Shown here: positions 37,813-46,735 of the stretch, one piece after another
How positions within the stretch are numbered: position 1 is the stretch's first letter
Layout: each line of letters starts with the position of its first letter
DNA from: Minisyncoccota bacterium
GTDB taxonomy: Bacteria > Patescibacteriota > Minisyncoccia > UBA6257
DNA length: 64,000 nucleotides
Reading direction: 5' to 3'
Assembly (NCBI GenBank): GCA_028694995.1
Contig: JAQVJU010000002.1
Coordinates: 2,046-66,045 of the forward strand
The notes under the pieces: model-generated
What the model was told of the DNA's origin: nothing
The model's input: the letters and a program-made list of their open reading frames with translations, nothing else
The model's database searches: none
Program-made: the position numbers and the translations under genes

Positions 37813-38172
37813 ATGGAAAAACAAAATCATAAAATTGTTATTAATGCTGAAGGTCAATCTTTAGGGCGCTTAGCCTCACAAATAGCTGTATATCTCCAAG
37901 ACAAGCATAAACCAGAATATGCTCCTAATAAACCAGGGGAGACAGTTGTTATCATAGAGAATTTAGATAAGATAAAACCTTTTAGAGAATCAAAATCCAA
38001 AACCAAGATTTATTACAAACACACAGGATATTTAGGTCATTTAAAACAAATTAGTTTAGAAGATTTATGGGTCAAAGATCCTAAGAAAGTTTTATCCATG
38101 GCGGTAAAAGGAATGTTGCCTAAAAACAAACTTAGAGATAAAAGATTAAAGAGATTAATTATTCAAAATTAA
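37813..38172 (+). CDS. rplM: 50S ribosomal protein L13
   Basis: LGRLASQIA, HTGYLG, AVKGMLPKN. Confidence 0.95.
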   Translation: MEKQNHKIVINAEGQSLGRLASQIAVYLQDKHKPEYAPNKPGETVVIIENLDKIKPFRESKSKTKIYYKHTGYLGHLKQISLEDLWVKDPKKVLSMAVKGMLPKNKLRDKRLKRLIIQN

Positions 38173-38186
38173 AAATTAAGTAAGTT

Positions 38187-38675
38187 ATGGCAGAAAAAAA
38201 GACAAAAAAAACAACAGTTAAAAAGGAAACAAAAAAACCTGAGAAGACAGAAACTATAGCCAAACAAGAAAAACCCACAACCAAGTCAAAATATATTGAG
38301 GCGGTTGGCAGAAGAAAAGAAGCTGTTGCCCGAGTAAGGCTTTATAAAGATAAGCCAGGTTTTATCATTAATGAAAAAACAATAAATGAATATTTTCCTT
38401 TAGAAAAATATCGTAAACAAGTATTAGATCCTTTACGATTAGCTGAGATGGAAAATACCTTTTTAGTTTCCGTAAAGGTTAAAGGCGGAGGTATGACTGG
38501 TCAAGCTGAAGCAATAAGATTAGGTATTAGCCGTTGTCTAGTAAAGATAGATGAACAAAAATTCAAGCCAATGTTAAGAAAAAAAGAATTCTTAACGAGA
38601 AATTCCCGAGTAGTGGAAAGAAAGAAATTTGGATTGAAAAAAGCCAGAAAAAGACCTCAATGGTCAAAACGTTAA
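38187..38675 (+). CDS. rpsI: 30S ribosomal protein S9
   Basis: GRRKEAVARV, GGGMTGQAEA, ERKKFGLKKARKRPQWSKR. Confidence 0.95.
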   Translation: MAEKKTKKTTVKKETKKPEKTETIAKQEKPTTKSKYIEAVGRRKEAVARVRLYKDKPGFIINEKTINEYFPLEKYRKQVLDPLRLAEMENTFLVSVKVKGGGMTGQAEAIRLGISRCLVKIDEQKFKPMLRKKEFLTRNSRVVERKKFGLKKARKRPQWSKR

Positions 38676-38704
38676 TTGACTTATTAGGTAAATTATGGTA
38701 AATT

Positions 38705-38732
38705 AAAAACACTCTTAATTAAGAGTGTTTTT
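38705..38732 (+). terminator. Perfect palindrome/terminator after rpsI
   Basis: AAAAACACTCTT-AATT-AAGAGTGTTTTT. Confidence 0.65.
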
Positions 38733-38759
38733 AGAACATTGAAAATTAAAAGGAGAGTA

Positions 38760-38963
38760 ATGATGGAAATATCAAAGAAAGGGAAAGAAGCTTTAAGGAA
38801 TTTTATTTTAAAAGGTAATATTTCTGAAGAAGAAAAAGAAAGTATTGAAAAGGCAATTGCGGGAGAATTGAAAGGGGAAAGATATATCTTAATAATAAGA
38901 AAAGAAAGAGGAGGTTTTTATGGTATAGATATTGAGGGAAATATTATTAATGAAAGATTTTAA
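38760..38963 (+). CDS. Small hypothetical protein (accessory insert)
   Basis: GAACATTGAAAATT 38734 and SD AGGAG before ATG 38760/38763. Confidence 0.6.
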   Translation: MMEISKKGKEALRNFILKGNISEEEKESIEKAIAGELKGERYILIIRKERGGFYGIDIEGNIINERF

Positions 38964-38980
38964 AGGAGGTTTGATTTGAA

Positions 38981-39238
38981 ATGAAAATAAAAGAAAAAGA
39001 CAAAAAAAGGAGTGCTTTAATTGAAAGGTATATAAAAGCCTTTGTTAAGAGGCAATACCCCTTCTTAAAAAACAAGGATACAAAAGCAAAAGCTAAAGAA
39101 CTTTTTATTGGATTTGAAAATATTAGGATTATTAAAGATAAGACTTTTGTAACCCTAAGGTTGCCAGAAGGAATAAGAGTGATATTAGATGCAAAAGGAA
39201 ACTTTCGCGATGATGATGGTTTTGGTTTTAATGATTAA
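38981..39238 (+). CDS. Small hypothetical protein
   Basis: SD AAAGGAGGT. Confidence 0.6.
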   Translation: MKIKEKDKKRSALIERYIKAFVKRQYPFLKNKDTKAKAKELFIGFENIRIIKDKTFVTLRLPEGIRVILDAKGNFRDDDGFGFND

Positions 39239-39271
39239 TCTATACTAACTTAAACAAAGGAGGTTGAGAAG

Positions 39272-39337
39272 ATGGAGCGCACTGTTATAGCTTGGTTAAT
39301 TTCTTTTTTTATTATTTTGTTCCTGCATTACATTTAA
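39272..39337 (+). CDS. 21-aa hydrophobic peptide MERTVIAWLISFFIILFLHYI (not in the ORF track)
   Basis: SD AAAGGAGGT upstream; terminator AAAGCCGTTAAT/ATTAACGGCTTT directly after. Confidence 0.55.
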   Translation: MERTVIAWLISFFIILFLHYI

Positions 39338-39397
39338 TAACATAAAGCCGTTAATTATAACATTAACGGCTTTTTTATTATTTATTTAAATATTTAA

Positions 39398-40720
39398 TTA
39401 AATACTAACTTTTATTACTCCTTGGTCAGAAAGGTAAAAAACATAGTTAATAGTGGGGTCATAAAAGAAATTGTCATTTTTAATATTAGCGCTGATAGGC
39501 CAGATTTTGTTTTCTTTTATAAAGAAGGTATTTAAAGTTTTATCTTTTTGAAAAAGAAGATAATCATTGTTTAAAAACCATTGGGCTGGAATATCAGCAA
39601 ACAGTTTTGTTGCATATTTTATTTCCTGTTCTGTATTATAAATTTCTATTTCATCTTTCAAATTCAATAAAATCTCTTTTTCATCTAGAGAAAAAGATGC
39701 GTCTAAGAGGTTTTCCCCTATAATCACAGGGATGTTTTCAGGGGGTTTAAGATAAGAAGCTTTTTTAGAGCTTTCAATGATTAAAAATTCTTCTTGGTTT
39801 TTTCTTTTTTTAATTTTTGTTTGTTCTAAATCTTGGCTTTCAAAACTAAACAAGGATATTTGTTGTTCTTGTTTTGTTTGTAAAGAAGTTTTAGTTAAGA
39901 CGCCATTTTCTTTTAGGAAATATATAGATGATTCTTCTAGTAGAAAAGGGGAAACAGGACCATCATGTATTTTTTCAATTTCTCTGTTAAGGAATTCTAA
40001 GAGATAAAGAGCGTCTTCTGTTCTGATAACTAAATAATTATCATCTTGAGGATAAAAGTCAGCTTGGATAATTTCTCTTGAAAGAGTGTTTGTTTTAAAG
40101 TCAGAATTGTTAAGCGCTTGCTTAAAAGCATCAGTTAAGGAAATGCTGGTTTGAATCAGGCTTTTGGGCAGAAATACGATTTGCCAATTGTTTTTTCCTA
40201 AATTAACTAACATGGTTTTCTTAAGAGAAAAAACAACTTCTTCAGGTAGAGTTGAAGTTTTCCAGAAAAGTTCTTTTTCTGAAGAATTACGGATAAAAAG
40301 ATACCAAAGATAATCTGAGTCTTTTTCTATAAAAACTATGCGGTTAGAATCCAGGGTTAAGTAAAAATTCTCAATTGTATTTGAGTTTATTATATTTTCT
40401 TCTTGCCAATTATTAGGGAAAAGAAAAAGACTGCCTAGGTCTAAGGTTTTTCCTGGTTCAATATTGATTTCTTCTTCAATAAAAGAATATTCAGGCAGGG
40501 AGATTAATAATTTTTGTTTTCCAGAGGAAAGATTAATATCAAAAATACCTCTGGAATCTTGATAGGTTTTGTTATTAATCTTAACAATAGATTCTAAAGG
40601 ATGGACTTTAAATCTTAAGGTTCCTTTGGTTTGATTATTGGCTTGGAAATGAGAAAGAGTAAAAAATACACCCAGGCCTAAAATGATAATGATTGATAAA
40701 CAAATCAAAAACTTTTTCAT
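39398..40720 (-). CDS. PEGA-domain membrane-anchored protein with beta-propeller-like C-terminus
   Basis: N-terminal TM; GTLRF.VHP..S.V.IN..L..G PEGA pattern. Confidence 0.65.
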   Translation of the reverse strand: MKKFLICLSIIIILGLGVFFTLSHFQANNQTKGTLRFKVHPLESIVKINNKTYQDSRGIFDINLSSGKQKLLISLPEYSFIEEEINIEPGKTLDLGSLFLFPNNWQEENIINSNTIENFYLTLDSNRIVFIEKDSDYLWYLFIRNSSEKELFWKTSTLPEEVVFSLKKTMLVNLGKNNWQIVFLPKSLIQTSISLTDAFKQALNNSDFKTNTLSREIIQADFYPQDDNYLVIRTEDALYLLEFLNREIEKIHDGPVSPFLLEESSIYFLKENGVLTKTSLQTKQEQQISLFSFESQDLEQTKIKKRKNQEEFLIIESSKKASYLKPPENIPVIIGENLLDASFSLDEKEILLNLKDEIEIYNTEQEIKYATKLFADIPAQWFLNNDYLLFQKDKTLNTFFIKENKIWPISANIKNDNFFYDPTINYVFYLSDQGVIKVSI

Positions 40721-40780
40721 ATTTGTATTATACCTGAATTTCATTTGAGATTCAAAGGAATATACTATAAAATTAAGATA

Positions 40781-41896
40781 ATGGCTAAGCTTTCTTATAG
40801 ATTAAACCAATCTTTGATTTCTACTAGTTTCCTTATCTTAATTTTAGGGTTGATTGCTTTGATTAGCGCTTCAGCAGTGATTGGAGAACAAAAATATGGT
40901 GATGTTTATTATTTTGTAAAAAGACAGCTTTTTTTTGGTGTTTTTTTAGGTTTGATAGCTTTTTGGATTGTTTCAAAGATAGATTATCATGTTTGGAAAA
41001 AGTATTCATTTATTCTTTTGATTATTAATATTGTGCTTTTGCTTCTTTGTTTTGTGCCTGCTTTTCAATCTTCTTCTGGAGTTGCAGCTCGTCGTTGGTT
41101 AGCCATAGGGCCTTTGTCTTTTCAGCCTTCAGAATTATTGAAAATCACCTATATTCTCTTTTTAGCCAGTATTTTAAGCAAGGCTTCTTTTAAACAAAGA
41201 AAAAGAATATTTGGTTTTCCTTTTCTTTGTTTTTTAACCAGTTTAGGAGTAGTAGGGTTAATAATTTTAAAACAACCAGCCACGGGTAGTTTAATCGTTC
41301 TTGGTTTATCTAGCTTAGCCGTGTATTTAACTGCTGGAATTAATTTTACTCAATTATTAACAGTGGTTTTATTAGGCGGCTTAACTTTGTATTATTTCAT
41401 TTTTGCTAATGAATCATCTTATCGTTTAGATAGATTTAAAACTTTTCTTTCATCTCATGCAGATCCATTAGGCAAAGGATATCATATAACCCAGTCTTTA
41501 TTAGGTATTGGTTCAGGAGGATTGTTAGGCATTGGTTTTGGCAAATCCATTCAAAAATTCAATTACCTTCCAGAAAGTCATACTGATGCGATTTTTTCCA
41601 TTATTGCAGAGGAATTTGGTTTTTTAGGCTCAGTGGTTATTATTGTTCTTTTTTTGATTTTAATTTTAATTGGATTTAGAATAGCTAGTAGAGCCGCTGA
41701 TGAATTTGGTAAATTCTTAGCCATTGGATTAATTTGTAATATTGGTTTCCAGGCGTTTATTAATATTGGCGCTATGTGTGGGGTGGTGCCGATGACAGGA
41801 ATTCCTTTGCCTTTTATTAGCTATGGTGGCTCTTCATTGATTATTAATTTAATAACCATAGGAATGTTAAGTAGTATAGCCAAACGCGCACGATAA
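40781..41896 (+). CDS. ftsW: SEDS protein FtsW
   Basis: ARRWL, FQPSELLK, LPESHTD, GIPLPFISYGGSS; directly upstream of murG. Confidence 0.9.
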   Translation: MAKLSYRLNQSLISTSFLILILGLIALISASAVIGEQKYGDVYYFVKRQLFFGVFLGLIAFWIVSKIDYHVWKKYSFILLIINIVLLLLCFVPAFQSSSGVAARRWLAIGPLSFQPSELLKITYILFLASILSKASFKQRKRIFGFPFLCFLTSLGVVGLIILKQPATGSLIVLGLSSLAVYLTAGINFTQLLTVVLLGGLTLYYFIFANESSYRLDRFKTFLSSHADPLGKGYHITQSLLGIGSGGLLGIGFGKSIQKFNYLPESHTDAIFSIIAEEFGFLGSVVIIVLFLILILIGFRIASRAADEFGKFLAIGLICNIGFQAFINIGAMCGVVPMTGIPLPFISYGGSSLIINLITIGMLSSIAKRAR

Positions 41897-41915
41897 TAAA
41901 TTTAAAATTATATAT

Positions 41916-43145
41916 ATGAGAGATATTTCTTTTTTAAGACCAAAAACAAGTGAAAAAACAATACGTTTAATGCTTACTGGTGGAGGCTCAGGCGGTCATA
42001 CTTTTCCTTTGATAGCTGTGGCCAGGGAATTTAAAAAAATAGCTCAAGAGAGAAATCTTTCTTTTGAACTTTTCTACATTGGGCCTGATGATTTTACCTT
42101 GCCCTATGTTTTAAAAGAGCAGGGGATTGAGGTAAAAACTATCTTGGCTGGTAAGTTTAATAATTTAGATAATTCTAGAAACAAGTTTTTTGGCTTGTTG
42201 AATATCTTTATTAATTTTTTTAAAACTCTAGGCGGTATTTTCCAATCTCTTTTTTATACTTATACGATTATGCCTGATGCTATTTTCTCAAAAGGGGGTT
42301 ATGGTTCTTTTCCTGTGATTTTTTGGGGCACAATTTTCTTTATCCCTATTTTTGTTCATGAAAGTGATGCCATTCCAGGTTTAGTCAATCATATAAGCGG
42401 CAGGTTTAGTCGGAAAGTTTTTGTTTCTTTTGAAGATACGAAAAAGTATTTTTCCCAAAAGAAAACTATTCTTACTGGCAATCCTATAAGAACAGAATTA
42501 TTGTCAGAAACAGATGAGGAAATTGATTTGAAAAATATTAAACAATCTTTAGGTTTGGATCCTGATAAGCCAGTGGTGACTATTATTGGCGGTTCTCAAG
42601 GATCTAAGCATATAAATGATTTGGTTTTAGATATTTTACCTAAGATAATAGATAAAGTTACAGTAATTCATCAAACAGGTAAAGCTAATTATGAAGCTAT
42701 TCAAAGGGAAGCTAATGTGGTTTTTCAAGAAATAGTAGGAGATAGGAGATATCAAGAATTTTATCATCCGATAGATTTTTTTGAAGAAAAAGATGAATCA
42801 GTTAATTTTTCATTAAAAGATGTTTATTTAATCAGTGATTTGATTATTGCCCGGGCTGGCAGTGGTTTGGTATTTGAAATAGCTGCCTTAGGCAAGCCAT
42901 CAATTTTAATTCCTTTGCCCTGGGCCAGTCGTAATCATCAAAAGAAAAATGCTTATGAATATGCGCAAACAGGAGCAGCAACAGTAGTTGAAGAAGAAAA
43001 CTTAACCACTAATGTATTTTCTGAATTGGTATTAAGAATTCTTTTTGATGATAATAAAAGACAAATGATGACTAAGGCAGCTTTAAAATTTGCCAAACCT
43101 CAAGCAGCTCATGATATTGCTCAATTGATTTTAACAACATTGTAA
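41916..43145 (+). CDS. murG: Lipid II GlcNAc transferase MurG
   Basis: GGGSGGH, GGYGS, GNPIR, GGSQG, HQKKNA. Confidence 0.93.
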   Translation: MRDISFLRPKTSEKTIRLMLTGGGSGGHTFPLIAVAREFKKIAQERNLSFELFYIGPDDFTLPYVLKEQGIEVKTILAGKFNNLDNSRNKFFGLLNIFINFFKTLGGIFQSLFYTYTIMPDAIFSKGGYGSFPVIFWGTIFFIPIFVHESDAIPGLVNHISGRFSRKVFVSFEDTKKYFSQKKTILTGNPIRTELLSETDEEIDLKNIKQSLGLDPDKPVVTIIGGSQGSKHINDLVLDILPKIIDKVTVIHQTGKANYEAIQREANVVFQEIVGDRRYQEFYHPIDFFEEKDESVNFSLKDVYLISDLIIARAGSGLVFEIAALGKPSILIPLPWASRNHQKKNAYEYAQTGAATVVEEENLTTNVFSELVLRILFDDNKRQMMTKAALKFAKPQAAHDIAQLILTTL

Positions 43146-43202
43146 TCTTTACGGTCATTCTGTTATGTGGTAAAATAATTTTAAGATTTTTTGTATTTTA
43201 TT

Positions 43203-44708
43203 ATGGATGACCCTAAGATATCACAATCATTATTTGGTCCACGAGTTCGTTTAGCGCCTAGTCCAACAGGGTGGTTTCATGTTGGTAATGCGAGAACAGG
43301 CTTGTTTAACTATTTATTTGCTAGAAAAAATGGAGGCAAGTTTATCTTGAGAATAGAAGATACAGATAAGGAAAGGTCAGAGAAGAAATATGAGAAAAAT
43401 ATCTTAGATGGATTAAAATGGTTAGGCATTGAATGGGATGAAGGTCCAGAAACACAAGGTTCTTTTGGGCCTTATCATCAAAGCGAGAGAACAGAGATTT
43501 ATAAAAAATACTTAGAACAACTTTTAAAAGAAGGCAAAGCTTACTATTGTTTTTGCACGCCTGAAGAATTAGAAGCTCAAAAAGCTGATATGATTGCTAG
43601 GGGCTTGCCTCCTAAGTATTCTGAAAAATGTCGGGATTTGCCAGAAAGTGTTATTAAGAAAAACCTAGCAGAAAAAAAACCAGCAGTGATAAGAATTAAA
43701 ATGCCTAATAAGGTGATAAAATTCACTGATCTTATTAGAGGTGAAGTTGAATTTGATTTAAATCTTATTGGCGATACTGTAATTGCTAAGAGTCTAATTG
43801 AGCCTTTGTATAATTTTGCTGTTGTAATTGATGATTATTTAATGAAAATAACGCATGTAATTCGCGGAGAAGACCATATTTCCAATACCCCTAAGCAAAT
43901 CACTATTCAGGAGTTATTAGGCCTTCCTATGCCCAATTACGCGCATTTACCTATGATTTTAGGCCCAGATAGGTCTAAATTAAGCAGCAGACATGGTGCA
44001 GTAAGCTTAATAGATTATCAAAAAAAAGGCTATTTACCAGAGGCTTTAGTTAATTTTTTAGCGTTTTTAGGCTGGCATCCTATAGGCGATAGGGAAATAT
44101 ATAGCATGGAAGAATTGATTGAGCTTTTTGATTTGGGTCGGGTTCAAAAAGGAGGCGCAGTGTTTAATATAAAAAGGCTAGATTGGTTTAATGCCCAACA
44201 TTTAAAATCATTAAACACTGATCAGTTATTTGATAAAATAGGGGAGTATATAAAGAATTTTTATCCTGATTCTAAGATAATAGAAGACAATTCCCCAGAA
44301 TATATAAAAAAGATAATTGAATTAGAGGCGCCGAGATTAACTAAATTAAGTGAATTTATTGATTTTTCAGATTTCTTTTTTAAAGAAAATCTTGTTTATT
44401 CAAAAGAACTTTTAAAATGGAAATCAATGGCAGATAAAGAAATCATTGTTTCCTTGAATGATTGTTTGAATATTTTAAAAGATATAAGTGAAAAAGATTT
44501 TAATCGGATTAATATTCAAATTAAGTTTTATAATTTTATAACAGAAAGTGATAATTATCAAAAAGATAAAGGAAAATTACTTTGGCCAATGAGAGTGGCT
44601 TTATCAGGTAAAAAAGCTTCACCAAGTCCATTTGAAATTGCAGAAATCTTAGGTAAGAAGAAAACAATTTTAAGAATTGAACAAGCCTTAAATCAAATAA
44701 AAACATGA
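43203..44708 (+). CDS. gltX: Glutamate--tRNA ligase
   Basis: APSPTG.FHVGNARTG, RIEDTD, THVIRGEDH, KLSSRHG. Confidence 0.95.
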   Translation: MDDPKISQSLFGPRVRLAPSPTGWFHVGNARTGLFNYLFARKNGGKFILRIEDTDKERSEKKYEKNILDGLKWLGIEWDEGPETQGSFGPYHQSERTEIYKKYLEQLLKEGKAYYCFCTPEELEAQKADMIARGLPPKYSEKCRDLPESVIKKNLAEKKPAVIRIKMPNKVIKFTDLIRGEVEFDLNLIGDTVIAKSLIEPLYNFAVVIDDYLMKITHVIRGEDHISNTPKQITIQELLGLPMPNYAHLPMILGPDRSKLSSRHGAVSLIDYQKKGYLPEALVNFLAFLGWHPIGDREIYSMEELIELFDLGRVQKGGAVFNIKRLDWFNAQHLKSLNTDQLFDKIGEYIKNFYPDSKIIEDNSPEYIKKIIELEAPRLTKLSEFIDFSDFFFKENLVYSKELLKWKSMADKEIIVSLNDCLNILKDISEKDFNRINIQIKFYNFITESDNYQKDKGKLLWPMRVALSGKKASPSPFEIAEILGKKKTILRIEQALNQIKT

Positions 44709-44902
44709 ATAATATAGAGCAATTAACTCAGCTTTTGTTAGAGATAATTAAAGATATTGGTCATTTTGTTAATGAAACATTTATGACTGGGTTTGTTTCT
44801 AAGATTGTATTATTAATTGGAGGATTTTTAAAAACCATAGCTAGTTTTCTTATTGTTGGTTTAGAAGCAGTAATAAAGTTTTTAGAATATTTTGTAAAAT
44901 AA
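44705..44902 (+). CDS. Small hypothetical hydrophobic protein
   Basis: Overlaps the gltX stop (ATGA); amphipathic/hydrophobic. Confidence 0.55.
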   Translation: MNNIEQLTQLLLEIIKDIGHFVNETFMTGFVSKIVLLIGGFLKTIASFLIVGLEAVIKFLEYFVK

Positions 44903-44984
44903 ATTTGTTTTTATTTAAAAGACACATAATTTTAGGGGAGTAGCCTTGACAACGCATTTTAATGCGTTAATATAAATAGAGTAT

Positions 44985-45012
44985 AGTTCGCATAATTTAA
45001 GTTAAGCGACTT
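44985..45012. other. dif-like Xer recombination site
   Basis: AGTTCGCATAA-TTTAAG-TTAAGCGACTT has the 11-6-11 layout. The left arm resembles the E. coli XerC arm GGTGCGCATAA and the arms are near-inverted. It lies 18 nt upstream of the xer gene. Confidence 0.7.
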
Positions 45013-45030
45013 GTAATATAATCTATAATT

Positions 45031-45990
45031 ATGAAAAGAAGCAATCAACCAATCCCCTCCTATTTAAATGATTTTTTAGATTGGTTAGAAATACAAAAAG
45101 GATTATCATCTAAGACACAAGAAAACTATGCAAGGTTTTTAAAAAAGTTTTTAGATTGGTTAAAAGAAAACAAGATGGAAGAGCTTAAACCTCATGAGCT
45201 ATCTTCTGATCATATATGGGATTATCGGGTTTTTCTATCTCGTCAATCTGTTAGTCATTTAGGTAGACCTCTTAAAAAATCCACCCAGAATTATTATTTG
45301 ATAGCTTTAAGGTCTTTATTAAATTTCTTTGCTGATAAAGATATTCTTTCATTACCAGCTGAGAAAATAGAATTAGCCAGAGATAAAGGAGATAAACAAA
45401 TAAGGTTCTTAGATTTAGAACAATTGGAAAGATTATTTTCTGCGCCTGATATTTCAAAAATTCAAGGATTAAGAGATAGAGCTATCTTAGAAATTTTCTT
45501 TTCAACAGGAATGCGTATTTCAGAATTAACTTCATTAAATCGTGAACAAATCAAAATCAAACCCAACATTACTGATTTAGAATTAAGTATTATTGGTAAA
45601 GGTGGCCGGATGAGAACTGTATATATCTCAGAAAGAGCTTTGTCTTGGTTAAAAAAATACTTAGATTTACGAGAAGATAAAGAAAAAGCTTTGTTTGTAA
45701 ATCATCAAATTAAAAAAGGTGTTCCAAAAAGATTAACTAATCGCTCTATAGAAAAATCAATGAAAAAGTATGTGATTATGGCTGGTTTACCTTTAAATAC
45801 TACGCCTCATGTTTTAAGACATTCTTTTAGCACTGATTTATTAGCTCAAGGTGTTGATATTAGAATTCTTCAAGAATTTTTAGGTCATAAGAATATTGCA
45901 GCTACTCAGATTTACGCTCATGTAACTAATAAGAAACTTAGAGAAATTCACCGGAAGTTTCATGGTGGTAGAAAACAAAAATTACTTTAA
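45031..45990 (+). CDS. XerC/D-family tyrosine recombinase
   Basis: RDRAILE..STGMRISE, GKGGRMR, TPHVLRHSF, LGHKN..TQIY. Confidence 0.92.
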   Translation: MKRSNQPIPSYLNDFLDWLEIQKGLSSKTQENYARFLKKFLDWLKENKMEELKPHELSSDHIWDYRVFLSRQSVSHLGRPLKKSTQNYYLIALRSLLNFFADKDILSLPAEKIELARDKGDKQIRFLDLEQLERLFSAPDISKIQGLRDRAILEIFFSTGMRISELTSLNREQIKIKPNITDLELSIIGKGGRMRTVYISERALSWLKKYLDLREDKEKALFVNHQIKKGVPKRLTNRSIEKSMKKYVIMAGLPLNTTPHVLRHSFSTDLLAQGVDIRILQEFLGHKNIAATQIYAHVTNKKLREIHRKFHGGRKQKLL

Positions 45991-46028
45991 AAGAAAAAAC
46001 CGGCTTGGATTAACCAGCCGGTTATTAT

Positions 46029-46334
46029 TTAATATTCGTTATATCCTCCTTTTTGTATAATTTCTTTGCTTTTTTTACCTTTTTCATTTCCACAAATATA
46101 AATCCTATAATTATTTCTTGCCTCCGGAGAAAGTTTTCCTCCTTCAGGAATATTCAAGTCTATATCATATATTTCCTTCATATCTCGAAAGGCTTTTTTC
46201 CAGGTTTTCTTAACTTTCTTTAAAATTTTCTGGAAAATAATTCGGTCTTCCTTTTTGTGGTAAGTGGATAAACTTAGATTTAGTTCTCCTGATTCTAAAT
46301 TCATCCACCCCTCTAGCCATATTAACCTTTTCAT
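46029..46334 (-). CDS. Hypothetical protein (accessory insert)
   Basis: SD AAGGAGGT; shares a bidirectional terminator (AACCGGCT/AGCCGGTT, ~45998-46023) with xer. Confidence 0.6.
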   Translation of the reverse strand: MKRLIWLEGWMNLESGELNLSLSTYHKKEDRIIFQKILKKVKKTWKKAFRDMKEIYDIDLNIPEGGKLSPEARNNYRIYICGNEKGKKSKEIIQKGGYNEY

Positions 46335-46346
46335 CTTTTACCTCCT

Positions 46347-46595
46347 TTATTTTTTATAAACTTGATAATCCGCACTAAAAGGCACAAAGGTAGACTCATA
46401 ATATCCCTTAGCCCTGTTATACTTCCTTGCAGCTATTTTCTTAGCTTGGGCTAAGGAGAACCCACCTTGCCAGATGTGATACTCATCATCAGGCTCGATC
46501 ACTATCAGGTGGTATACAAATGGCCATTTTCTACTCTGGCTTTTCCTTTCTGGAATCGAGAATAATTTCAATTGCTCTTGGAATTTAGAATCCAT
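46347..46595 (-). CDS. Hypothetical protein (accessory insert)
   Basis: Minus-strand TTGACA (46664-46669), N17, TATAAT (46641-46646); GTATTTTGAAAATT leader; SD GAGG. Confidence 0.6.
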   Translation of the reverse strand: MDSKFQEQLKLFSIPERKSQSRKWPFVYHLIVIEPDDEYHIWQGGFSLAQAKKIAARKYNRAKGYYESTFVPFSADYQVYKK

Positions 46596-46735
46596 TTGCT
46601 TTTCCTCTCTTTCTTTTTAAATTTTCAAAATACTGATATTATTATATCAGTTATAAAATATTTTGTCAATGGAAAGTAAATGGTAAATCAGTAAAAAATA
46701 TGATAAAATGTTTTAAGTAAAAGATTAATTCAAAT

